A stretch of DNA of 64,000 bases from an uncultured virus (IMG/VR IMGVR_UViG_3300021560_000017) (taxonomy: Duplodnaviria > Heunggongvirae > Uroviricota > Caudoviricetes), in the IMG/VR virus record IMGVR_UViG_3300021560_000017; one strand, written 5' to 3'. Shown here one piece after another: positions 9,055 to 17,505 of this stretch; the stretch's first letter is position 1; each line of letters opens with the position of its first letter. A program made the position numbers and the translations under genes. The notes below the pieces were generated by a model that was not told the origin of the DNA, searched no databases, and was given only the letters and a program-made list of their open reading frames with translations.

Positions 9055-9807
9055 ATGGGTACCGAACAAGAAACCAAATACACTGAAGAGGAACTTCAGG
9101 AACACACCGTTGCCGAACTCAAGGAGATCGCGCAATCGGAGGATGTGAACATCAACTCCCACGCCACAAAGGATGAGATCGTCAGTGCGATCATGGAACA
9201 CCAGTCGCAGGAAGCCACCGAGCCAGAGGGTGCGGAAGGCTTCGCGCCGATGGGCATCATGGGTATTGAGCCCGCCGCAGAGCCGATCATCAATCCGTTG
9301 CTGACGGGGCCAATCAACCCGCTGCCTCTGGCAGACATCGTGGCTGATCTTTACGGCATCGGCAGGGAATACCTGATCAGGCTTAGTGACATTGTGGGGC
9401 TCGGCGCAAACCTGCAGGGCAACCTGCTGCTCGATTACGCCCCGCCCGGCGCAATCATGGAGCTGGTCAGGATCAAGCACAGCCAGTCAGTGGCGGGCCC
9501 GGGCATCACGGCCTGCACGGCACAGCTAAGCGACGGCGTCCCGAATACATACGGATCTCCGTTCGACGTGTTCCAAGCGGTATCACCGACGGCACTGGCG
9601 ACAGTGCAGCCGACGAGCGGCAACGTCATGGCGTTCAACGCGCCGACGGCCATCTACCTGACCCTGATTGCAACAGGCGCGAACCTTGGCTTGGCCACGG
9701 CAGGCGCGATCAGTGTCTGGGCGCGGTATAAGCTGGCGGCCGACGCCAACCCACCGCACGGATGGGATGCCACAATTCAGACGCCGCGTGTGGTGCCACC
9801 GTACTAA
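9055..9807 (+). CDS. Rho-N/HeH-like domain fused to a beta-rich capsid decoration-like domain
   Basis: TVAELKEIAQSEDVNINSHATKDEIVSAI fits the Rho_N/HeH pattern; strong SD AAGGAGG. Confidence 0.6.
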   Translation: MGTEQETKYTEEELQEHTVAELKEIAQSEDVNINSHATKDEIVSAIMEHQSQEATEPEGAEGFAPMGIMGIEPAAEPIINPLLTGPINPLPLADIVADLYGIGREYLIRLSDIVGLGANLQGNLLLDYAPPGAIMELVRIKHSQSVAGPGITACTAQLSDGVPNTYGSPFDVFQAVSPTALATVQPTSGNVMAFNAPTAIYLTLIATGANLGLATAGAISVWARYKLAADANPPHGWDATIQTPRVVPPY

Positions 9808-9839
9808 AGAAGTCAGTAACAGATAGCCAACCCAACAAA

Positions 9840-9877
9840 GCCCATGCTCTGGGGGTCTTAAAAACCCCCAGAGGGGC
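9840..9877 (+). terminator. strong hairpin (terminator or processing site)
   Basis: CTCTGGGGGT-7 nt-ACCCCCAGAG, intergenic; no U-tract. Confidence 0.5.
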
Positions 9878-9895
9878 GCAACTAGGAGATAAATT

Positions 9896-10216
9896 ATGGC
9901 AGGATTCTACACACCAACTGGTGGAGCATCGCCCACCTACAGGTCAGGGATCAGACTCAAACGCGACAGGTGCTTCTCGGAGTTCCTGACACCGAAAGGC
10001 GGTTCGACACCGTTTCTGGTTCAGGCACAGAAAAACCTCGGCATCACTCCAGTGGGAGTGACGGCCGCCAATTTGCCCGCGTCACCCCAACTCGGACAAG
10101 AAGCGGTTGTCACCGACGCAACAGCACCAGCGTGGGGCGTAGCAGTAGTAGGAGGAGGAGCGCTGTTCGCACTGGTCACTTGGAACGGGACAGCTTGGAC
10201 AGTGATCGGTAAGTAA
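9896..10216 (+). CDS. small virion structural protein
   Basis: SD AGGAG; LPASPQLGQEAVVTD...WNGTAWTV motif typical of head/fibre proteins. Confidence 0.65.
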   Translation: MAGFYTPTGGASPTYRSGIRLKRDRCFSEFLTPKGGSTPFLVQAQKNLGITPVGVTAANLPASPQLGQEAVVTDATAPAWGVAVVGGGALFALVTWNGTAWTVIGK

Positions 10217-10233
10217 CAAGAGGGGAGGACGAA

Positions 10234-10542
10234 ATGACGTTCCCTCGAAACATACTGTTCAAGAAAGTCAAGCTCACTGGCGCTGGCACGACCACGATCA
10301 GCGGAACGCTTTACCTGTGCGCGGCATATCTGTTTGTCGGCACGGCGGGTCTCACGCTGGTGATGCAGGATAAAGATCCTTCTGGGCCAAGTCCCTTCTA
10401 TAATCCTGCCGCGCCAGCGGTGACGACCAGTCCCACTTCGATCCTGACAGGGTTCAATCTGTTACCGATGATTGGTGGGATCGATATCATCGCCACAGGC
10501 ACAGGCGTTGCGACAGTGTGGTTGGTCTACGCCCAGAACTAA
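10234..10542 (+). CDS. small beta-rich virion protein
   Basis: SD GGAGG; structural-module context. Confidence 0.6.
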   Translation: MTFPRNILFKKVKLTGAGTTTISGTLYLCAAYLFVGTAGLTLVMQDKDPSGPSPFYNPAAPAVTTSPTSILTGFNLLPMIGGIDIIATGTGVATVWLVYAQN

Positions 10543-10545
10543 TGC

Positions 10546-11943
10546 ATGAGCGACGACGAACTGCTGATGATGCTCGGCGGGGTTACCGCTCTTGGCGCGG
10601 GCGGGCCGCCAGCACTTCCGTTCCTTCTTGATACGTTAGTCGGTTACTGGAAGCTGGACGACACGAGCGGCAGCAGCCCCCTCATCGACAGCATTGGGCC
10701 AAACGCATTTGGTGGCCCTAATGCAGGAAATCCTGTCGCGGGGATCATCAATAGCGGACAGTACATCATTAGTGGTGGTTTCGAAGCGAGCAACAAGCCG
10801 ACGTTGCAACCCCCAGCCGACTTCAGCTTCTCAGTGTGGGCGAGAGTTGATGATATTAGCAATCCCCATGTGGTGTTCTCTAAAGGAGACGCCAGTCTTA
10901 CGCCAGCGTGGGATTTCCTTTTTATGAGCGGAACGGGTGGGTTCCAGTGGCAGGTTGATGACGCCCACAGTGTTTTGACCCCAGCTCCTCCAGTGGCTGG
11001 TTCATGGCATCATTACATAGTTTGGTACGATTCAGTAGCACAGATAATTGGCATAAGGGTTGACGACGCCGCTACTTTCACTGCGGCTGGCGTTCCTCAT
11101 AATATCACGGCGTCTATGTTAGTTTTGGGAGCGGCAAGCAGCGGGGGCAGCCTATTTTATAATTGGAATGGTGTAATCGATGAACTCGGTTTCTGGTGGA
11201 GACTGCTTAATGCCGCCGAAAAAACCAAGCTGTATAATAACGGCGCAGGAACACCTCTCTCAGCTTTCTTACGATCCACGAGCCCGCAGCTATTAAACAC
11301 TCTGATCTCATACTGGACATTAGACGCGTTTCCAGCTGGGCAAGCCCCCGACAGCTGGGGTTCAAACCTGTTGAGTGTTTCTGGGGCTGTCACGTCAGCG
11401 GCAGGCAAGATAAACAACGCGGCCAGTTTCGCGGGCGGCGGAACTCTTTATGTTACCAATAACGCTTCGGTTCAAGTTACCAGTGATTTTACGCTCGCCT
11501 GCTGGGTAAACCTGAACGCTCAAGTAAACCAAGGCATAGTCGGGAAATGGGGGTCACCCGCTGCGAATGCTGATTATTTGATCGGTTATGTTGGCGGGAG
11601 CGGATTTTATTTCACGGTCGCCAACTCGGCCAGCTCGGTTAATACCAGCGCACTTTTCCCAAACATCCCGAACGGCGGCTGGCACCTCATCGTAGCATGG
11701 TATGACTCTACTGATCAGAAGGTCAGGCTGCGCCTTGATGATGCCAATACCTTTGTCGCTCCCACGGGGGGTGCACTAACACAGGGAACCGCTTCTTTCA
11801 CCATTGGCTCGGCTGACAGCGGAGTAGCACCAATGAGCGGGCTGATCGATGAAGTAGGCTTCTGGAAACGCAAACTCACCGCAGCGGAGATGACACAGCT
11901 TTACGGAGGAGGCGCAGGATTTCCATTCAAGTCTTTTCGATGA
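10546..11943 (+). CDS. tandem LamG/concanavalin-A-like domain virion protein
   Basis: two copies of L(V/I)xYWxLD...FSFSVW/FTLACW...WHH/WHL...GxIDExGFWxRxL. Confidence 0.85.
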   Translation: MSDDELLMMLGGVTALGAGGPPALPFLLDTLVGYWKLDDTSGSSPLIDSIGPNAFGGPNAGNPVAGIINSGQYIISGGFEASNKPTLQPPADFSFSVWARVDDISNPHVVFSKGDASLTPAWDFLFMSGTGGFQWQVDDAHSVLTPAPPVAGSWHHYIVWYDSVAQIIGIRVDDAATFTAAGVPHNITASMLVLGAASSGGSLFYNWNGVIDELGFWWRLLNAAEKTKLYNNGAGTPLSAFLRSTSPQLLNTLISYWTLDAFPAGQAPDSWGSNLLSVSGAVTSAAGKINNAASFAGGGTLYVTNNASVQVTSDFTLACWVNLNAQVNQGIVGKWGSPAANADYLIGYVGGSGFYFTVANSASSVNTSALFPNIPNGGWHLIVAWYDSTDQKVRLRLDDANTFVAPTGGALTQGTASFTIGSADSGVAPMSGLIDEVGFWKRKLTAAEMTQLYGGGAGFPFKSFR

Positions 11944-11953
11944 GGATAAAACT

Positions 11954-12166
11954 ATGAAAGTACTAAAAATAACAGTCAGGGATTTTCGTGGACGGCCTCC
12001 CAACACTGGACAGGAACACGCGATGGCGTGGCTCACTGTGCAAGGGGTCGTGCTGGATGAATCTGATACGATGACGTACGCTGAAGCGCTGGCTTTGTGG
12101 AACGAAAGGCACCCAGACTACCCGGGGGACTCGGCCGAGGATTGCGCGTTCGAAACTTCACCATAG
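11954..12166 (+). CDS. hypothetical protein
   Basis: SD GAGG; 70-aa ORF. Confidence 0.5.
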   Translation: MKVLKITVRDFRGRPPNTGQEHAMAWLTVQGVVLDESDTMTYAEALALWNERHPDYPGDSAEDCAFETSP

Positions 12167-12168
12167 AT

Positions 12169-12543
12169 GTGTCAAACGGCAACGGATCACAGACTCTATT
12201 TCGATACTACGGCAATCGGTTGTCGATGTCGCAAGCCAGTGCTACCAGCGACGGCTGGCTAAGCAAGGACGACTGGAACAGGTTCAATGCGGGCGGCGGT
12301 GGTGGAGGCACGGGGCCGCAGGGGCCGCCCGGGCCACAGGGGCCAGCTGGGCCGCAGGGGCCGCAGGGGCCGCAAGGGCCAGCAGGCGTATTCACGGTGC
12401 CGATAACTTTCGCGGGCCACTGGCGGGTCAAGTCCGACGGCACTTTTCAGTTATGGAATCCAGATCAATCGCTGTGGCACACGCTACAGGTGCGCGGGGC
12501 GGCGGGCGCTGAATACATCACCGTTGGAGCGGGCGAAACATGA
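12169..12543 (+). CDS. collagen-repeat fibre protein
   Basis: (GPQ/GPP/GPA)x8 and [14 protein letters not shown] fibre motif; GTG at 12169 is the likely start. Confidence 0.75.
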   Translation: MSNGNGSQTLFRYYGNRLSMSQASATSDGWLSKDDWNRFNAGGGGGGTGPQGPPGPQGPAGPQGPQGPQGPAGVFTVPITFAGHWRVKSDGTFQLWNPDQSLWHTLQVRGAAGAEYITVGAGET

Positions 12544-14636
12544 GACTTCCACTGGATAAACCACAGGATGTTCCGTGGGTGGTAGGCGCGATCTTTGCAT
12601 TCATCTTTATTGCCTCGCTATTTAGTCAGACCGCTACGGTCACGGTCAATCAGACGACCAAGGTGACACAACCGCCTGTCGGTTTACTGACACTGGATGG
12701 CGCAACCAATTTCGGTATCAGTCGTGGCACGGGCGATCCAAATGGCATCATCACTGCGAACCTCGGCAGTTTGTATCTCGATCTGAATGGCCAACTCTGG
12801 CTGAAGCTCAGTGGCACTGGTAACACGGGCTGGACAGACTTGACCTTGAGCGGCGGCGGCGGCGAAACGCAGAACTACATTTACAACAACGGCCTTGCTC
12901 CTCCGCAGTCTGGGCAGATCAGGTTTGATAGCACCACCTACTCAGCGGTAGCGAACCTGTTTATCAATTACACCACCAACGACAACGCGAACATCAAGAA
13001 TTATATCCTGACGCGTCTCGTGAACGGGGTGGCGCTCTACGTCCAGAACTATTCTAATGCATCTCAGTGGGTGACATTCAAAATTACTGGAACGCCGACC
13101 GACAATTCTACTTACGCCACGGTTCCAGCCGTCTACACCAACTCTTCTGGCACCGCGCTTAATAACAACCAGCGCACGATGGTCACACCTGAATACGGGT
13201 CAGGCGGAGTGACCAGCTTTAACGGCCGCACAGGCGCGGTGGTTCCAGTGAGCGGCGATTACTCGACGTTCTACGAGCCAGTGCTTGGCAACCCTGCTGC
13301 CAATGGTTACGTGCTGTCATCGACCACGGCGGGTGTGCGTTCATGGATCGCAGCTGGCACAGGTGGCGGCTCAGTGAGCATCACGGCGACTGCTCCGATT
13401 GTGGTGACTCCCAGCCCGCTCACAGGGACAGGCACGATCTCGATCACTGGCTACAATAACGCCAACTGGGACACGGCTTACGCTACAGCCAAAACATGGG
13501 ACGGCGGCTCGACAGGACTCATTGCCGCGACAGGGCGCACCAGTCTCGGTCTTGTGATCGGAACGAACGTGCAGGCGTGGGACGCCGATCTCGACGCGCT
13601 CGGCGCGCTTACTGGAACGAACACGATCTACTATCGATCAGGGACGAGCGCGTGGTCACCTGTCACGATGGGATCGAACATGACTTTCTCTGGTGGAGTT
13701 CTTAACGCGACCGCTGGCGGAGCGGGCACCGTGACCAGCGTTGCGGTTGGCAATCTCGCCCCGCTCTTCACTTCCAGCGTAGCTAATCCCACGTCGGCCG
13801 CGTCGATCACGTACTCGCTTACGAACACAACGGGCGGGCACCAGTTCCTCGGCAATAACACAGGCGCGGCTGGCGCGCCGTCCTATGTTCAGCCAGCATT
13901 CACCGACATCAGCGGCACGGCCACTGACGCACAGGTGCCAGACAACCTTACGCTCAATGCCATAATCAATCTGACTAGCAATGGCTTTGTCAAGACCAGT
14001 GGCGGACTTGGCACGCTCTCGGTTGATTCCAACACTTATCTGACGGGTAACCAGACGATCACATTGACGGGTGACGTCACTGGGAGCGGGACAACGAGCA
14101 TCGCTACCACCGTAACGAAACGCATCTTCAGTAACGGCAGCAGCGCGCAGCAGACAGGGTTCGTCGGCGACACTTACCTGACTGGCAGCAATGTCATTGT
14201 GCCTGCGGGAACTTTCGCGGTAGGGGGCACCTATCACTGCGTCTTTGACATGACCAAGACGGGTGCGGGCGTAAGCGGCATCGTAATCAACATTCGGATT
14301 GGAACCACTGGCAGCAGCGCTGACACGACGGTGCAATCGTTTAGTTTCGGTAGTGGAACCGCCGTCGCGGACACAGGCACATTCGACGTGCTGATAAACG
14401 TTCGCGCATCAGGCGCAACCGCCACGATAGCGTCGGTGGCGAGGTGCGCTCACAATCTCGCTGCTACGGGACTGACCAGCACTGGCGCAGCTGGCGTCGC
14501 GGTTCTCAGTAACACTACTTCAGGCACCACGTTTAATTCCGCGACCGCAACAAACATGGGCATCTCCTTTCAGGGTGGCGTATCTTTCGCAGGCACAGCT
14601 AATGTTGTTCAAGCCACTTACACTTCACCACAATGA
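12540..14636 (+). CDS. tail fibre protein
   Basis: Thr/Gly/Ser-rich; VTSFNGRTGAV, GRTSLGLVIGTNVQAWDADL and TITLTGDVTGSG fibre motifs. Confidence 0.8.
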   Translation: MRLPLDKPQDVPWVVGAIFAFIFIASLFSQTATVTVNQTTKVTQPPVGLLTLDGATNFGISRGTGDPNGIITANLGSLYLDLNGQLWLKLSGTGNTGWTDLTLSGGGGETQNYIYNNGLAPPQSGQIRFDSTTYSAVANLFINYTTNDNANIKNYILTRLVNGVALYVQNYSNASQWVTFKITGTPTDNSTYATVPAVYTNSSGTALNNNQRTMVTPEYGSGGVTSFNGRTGAVVPVSGDYSTFYEPVLGNPAANGYVLSSTTAGVRSWIAAGTGGGSVSITATAPIVVTPSPLTGTGTISITGYNNANWDTAYATAKTWDGGSTGLIAATGRTSLGLVIGTNVQAWDADLDALGALTGTNTIYYRSGTSAWSPVTMGSNMTFSGGVLNATAGGAGTVTSVAVGNLAPLFTSSVANPTSAASITYSLTNTTGGHQFLGNNTGAAGAPSYVQPAFTDISGTATDAQVPDNLTLNAIINLTSNGFVKTSGGLGTLSVDSNTYLTGNQTITLTGDVTGSGTTSIATTVTKRIFSNGSSAQQTGFVGDTYLTGSNVIVPAGTFAVGGTYHCVFDMTKTGAGVSGIVINIRIGTTGSSADTTVQSFSFGSGTAVADTGTFDVLINVRASGATATIASVARCAHNLAATGLTSTGAAGVAVLSNTTSGTTFNSATATNMGISFQGGVSFAGTANVVQATYTSPQ

Positions 14637-14872
14637 TGAAAGAACGTTCCACCATTGATATCGTCGTGATCCTGATGACTTCTGCGGTGGGCATTGTCCT
14701 GCTTACCGCCACAGTGGGAGTCATTATCGGAAAGATTATTCACCCAGAGGTTGATACCAGTAGAGCTGCTGAAATGATCGCAAATGTTGTTACCACATTG
14801 GTAGGCGCACTGGTAGGTTTTATCGGCGGCAGAGCACAAGGTAAATACGAAGCAAAAAACGGAGGCTCCTAA
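14633..14872 (+). CDS. putative holin
   Basis: 79 aa, two hydrophobic helices, basic C-terminus, near the endolysin. Confidence 0.55.
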   Translation: MMKERSTIDIVVILMTSAVGIVLLTATVGVIIGKIIHPEVDTSRAAEMIANVVTTLVGALVGFIGGRAQGKYEAKNGGS

Positions 14873-15187
14873 ATGAAAGAATTACTCACTACACTGGCAA
14901 GCGGGGATAACTTCTCCAAGATTCTGCTCGTCATAGTCCTACTCGTCACGGGCGGCAACTTCTTCAAGATCGGTAACCAAGGCGATGAAACCCGAAGCGA
15001 GGTGGAAAAGTTTCACTTGGAAACCAGACAGCAGATCAAGCTGATCTACAATTACCAGCAGCACTACATCGATCTCATCAAAGGAATTAAGAGAGACAAC
15101 AATAAAATGCTAACGCACTTCGGGCTTGCTCCCAGCGACATTCCCGATCCGCCGCCGCTGCAACCGTTACCAACACCATACCCATGA
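14873..15187 (+). CDS. membrane-anchored coiled-coil lysis accessory protein (holin/spanin-like)
   Basis: one TM segment, coiled coil and Pro-rich tail; directly before the endolysin. Confidence 0.45.
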   Translation: MKELLTTLASGDNFSKILLVIVLLVTGGNFFKIGNQGDETRSEVEKFHLETRQQIKLIYNYQQHYIDLIKGIKRDNNKMLTHFGLAPSDIPDPPPLQPLPTPYP

Positions 15188-16224
15188 AAATCGCGATTAG
15201 TTCAGGACACGGCCAGAAAATTCAGGGCGCAAGCGCTATCATTAATGAGGTCACCGAAGCTCGCAGGGTGGTGAGCGCGGTGACCAAGGATCTGCGCGAG
15301 CGGAAGGCGACTGTGGTTGAATTCCACGACAACACTTCCACTACGCAGGCGACGAACATCAACACCATTGTGGCGTGGCACAACGCGCAGACCCGCGATC
15401 TTGATGTCTCGATCCATTTCAATCACTCAGGCGGCGGCACTGTTGATCGTGCGATTGGGACTGAATGCCTCTTTGCCACTCAGCAGGCGCTCGCTGCTCG
15501 CGTGTCCAAAGCCATAGCTCAAAGCGCAGGTTTGTTAGATCGAGGGGCCAAAAAGAGAACAGATCTCGCTTTCCTTTCGCGCACAACCAAGCCAGCCATA
15601 CTGGTCGAGGTCTGCTTCGTGAATTCACGCGAGGACGTTCGCCTGTATCAGGCTTACTTCAATAACATCTGCACGGCCATTGGCGGCGCGATCATGGGAG
15701 CATCCACGCCGAGCGTGCCGCGCCCACCAGAGGGCGGTGCTGCCACTGAGGGAGGTGCCAATCTGGAACACATGACCAAGATCGGGAGCGTGGATATCCA
15801 GCGGGCATACAACGGAGGTTACATCCGATTCGTTTCCATCCTCGATGTCTGTAACGATGGCGTCGGCCCGAAGCGCCCAGAAGATCCGCATCAGCAGGCG
15901 CAAACCACCTATCGTCCGTTCCTCAACGCCGACCTTGACAAGTACATCGTGATCCCGAATAAAGTCAGGCTGGCCGTGAAACCAACCGTCATCGGATGCA
16001 TGGGGCGGATTACCCATCTGCCTACAAGGCAATGGAGCTGGGCGGTAACAGGCACCACGGGGCCAGACAATAAGACGGGGGAGGCGTCCCACATTCTCGC
16101 CAAGCTCGTCTTTCCCAATGCGCGTCCTGATTTTGGCGACAAGAAGGCGGATTATTTTTACGAATTTTGGCCCGGCATCCCCGCCGTCGTTGACGGCAAG
16201 CAATACCAGCTGGTGCCAGCTTAG
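15184..16224 (+). CDS. endolysin: N-acetylmuramoyl-L-alanine amidase (Amidase_3) plus C-terminal GH75-like domain
   Basis: ISSGHG...E...SIHFN...PAILVEVCFV Zn-amidase motifs; C-terminal DVCNDG..DP..Q..T..LNA...YIVIP...GEAS. Confidence 0.85.
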   Translation: MKIAISSGHGQKIQGASAIINEVTEARRVVSAVTKDLRERKATVVEFHDNTSTTQATNINTIVAWHNAQTRDLDVSIHFNHSGGGTVDRAIGTECLFATQQALAARVSKAIAQSAGLLDRGAKKRTDLAFLSRTTKPAILVEVCFVNSREDVRLYQAYFNNICTAIGGAIMGASTPSVPRPPEGGAATEGGANLEHMTKIGSVDIQRAYNGGYIRFVSILDVCNDGVGPKRPEDPHQQAQTTYRPFLNADLDKYIVIPNKVRLAVKPTVIGCMGRITHLPTRQWSWAVTGTTGPDNKTGEASHILAKLVFPNARPDFGDKKADYFYEFWPGIPAVVDGKQYQLVPA

Positions 16225-16239
16225 AAGGAGGTGACCAGC

Positions 16240-16347
16240 ATGGCGAAGAAGAAAATGAACTCGAAGAAGTCCAAGACCCTGAAGAAAAAAGCTAAGGGTA
16301 AGAAATCCAAGAAGGCAAAGGTGGGTGTGAGAGCCGCAGTGGGTTGA
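16240..16347 (+). CDS. 35-aa Lys-rich basic peptide (not in the ORF track)
   Basis: perfect SD AAGGAGGT; MAKKKMNSKKSKTLKKKAKGKKSKKAKVGVRAAVG. Confidence 0.65.
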   Translation: MAKKKMNSKKSKTLKKKAKGKKSKKAKVGVRAAVG

Positions 16348-16365
16348 ACGCTGCGGCTTCTGTCT
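16332..16365. terminator. hairpin terminator between convergent genes
   Basis: AGCCGCAG-11 nt-CTGCGGCT followed by TCTGTCTGTT. Confidence 0.55.
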
Positions 16366-16366
16366 G

Positions 16367-16909
16367 TTAGGCTGGCTGCGCCTTGCTCTGAAGGCGCTTG
16401 ATCGAGCGCCTGATCTTCCTGAGCGCAGTGGCGGCTCGTTTGGTTCGTGTTATCCAGCGCTTCTCGCGCGCCAGTAACTGAGCCAGCTTGAAGTCATCAG
16501 TCCGTCGATGGGCTGCGCGTTCTGCGGCACGCGCAGTGCGATCCTGAGCGGGGCGCAGCAGCTTTCCCTCCAGCCAGCCACGCCTGACGACCTCCTTGAT
16601 CATGCGCAGCTCCATCCGCGCATGAGTGCGGCTGTGCGGCCGCTCGTCTGGATGACGCCTGCTGTGGCAGAAGTGGCTAAGCAGATGAATGACTCCATGC
16701 CATCCATGCTGCGGATTGACCACCATCTCGCCGCGCCTGATCCATGTGTAGCGGTTACCGCTCGTGACCCTGACAGGGCCACGGAACGTCCGCTTCATGC
16801 CGAAGCGATACAGTCGCTTGGCTGCAGCGACTGCCTCGTCAGCAGTCAGCGGCGGGATTGGCTTGGGCCATGCCTCATTCACTCTTACATACCAGTCAGC
16901 GATAGTCAT
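16367..16909 (-). CDS. basic hypothetical protein with HxxxH (IHLLSH) motif
   Basis: SD AAGGAGGT; SprT-like pattern lacking the catalytic Glu. Confidence 0.6.
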   Translation of the reverse strand: MTIADWYVRVNEAWPKPIPPLTADEAVAAAKRLYRFGMKRTFRGPVRVTSGNRYTWIRRGEMVVNPQHGWHGVIHLLSHFCHSRRHPDERPHSRTHARMELRMIKEVVRRGWLEGKLLRPAQDRTARAAERAAHRRTDDFKLAQLLAREKRWITRTKRAATALRKIRRSIKRLQSKAQPA

Positions 16910-17262
16910 TTCTTCACCTCCTTTCTGGCTTTGCGTCGCTCCGCCCTTGCCTTGCGCTTGGCTGCCTTATGAGCCTGCGCCGACTCCCACATCAGCTGCC
17001 GATAGAGACGGCTTGCTGCGATACTGAAACGCTTCTTGCGTCTCTTCTCACGCATCGTTATTGTCCCGTTGAAGTAGATCTCGAAGACAAGGTGTGGATT
17101 GACACGATGCCCTACCCCGTTGTCGTTGACGGCGACTCGGCGGTAGGGCTTCTTTATTCTTGGCCGCTTGCACGCACAATCCTGCTCGACTTGCTCGTTG
17201 TGGGGGCAGCGCTCGTCACGCGGGTTGTGCCATTCTTTAACTGAACCTATTACTGTTTGCAT
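16906..17262 (-). CDS. basic hypothetical protein
   Basis: coupled to the downstream gene. Confidence 0.55.
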   Translation of the reverse strand: MQTVIGSVKEWHNPRDERCPHNEQVEQDCACKRPRIKKPYRRVAVNDNGVGHRVNPHLVFEIYFNGTITMREKRRKKRFSIAASRLYRQLMWESAQAHKAAKRKARAERRKARKEVKK

Positions 17263-17505
17263 GTATACAATTTAGCAGATTCAAAAATCGTGTTTTTGGA
17301 ATAACACGCCTTTTCGGGGTTAGCCTAACGAATCTCCCTAGCTAAAACTTTTTTGAAATTTCTTGTTGACGCGTTTTTGGCCCGCGGAAGAAATCGCTAG
17401 AAAAACAGGAATGCACAGCATTTGTGCAAGATTTCCCGTTTAATATTTGTAGGCGTTTTTTAAACGAAATTGACAGCTGACTGGAATCGGTAGATCATCC
17501 CAAGC
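17263..17505. promoter_or_regulatory. AT-rich divergent control region
   Basis: TTGACG at 17366, TTGACA at 17470, palindrome GCACAGCATTTGTGC 17413-17427. Confidence 0.55.

Noticed and set aside
11954..12543. programmed frameshift joining the 11954 ORF to the collagen ORF
   Set aside because: A GTG at 12169, just after the stop, explains the layout; no convincing slippery site.
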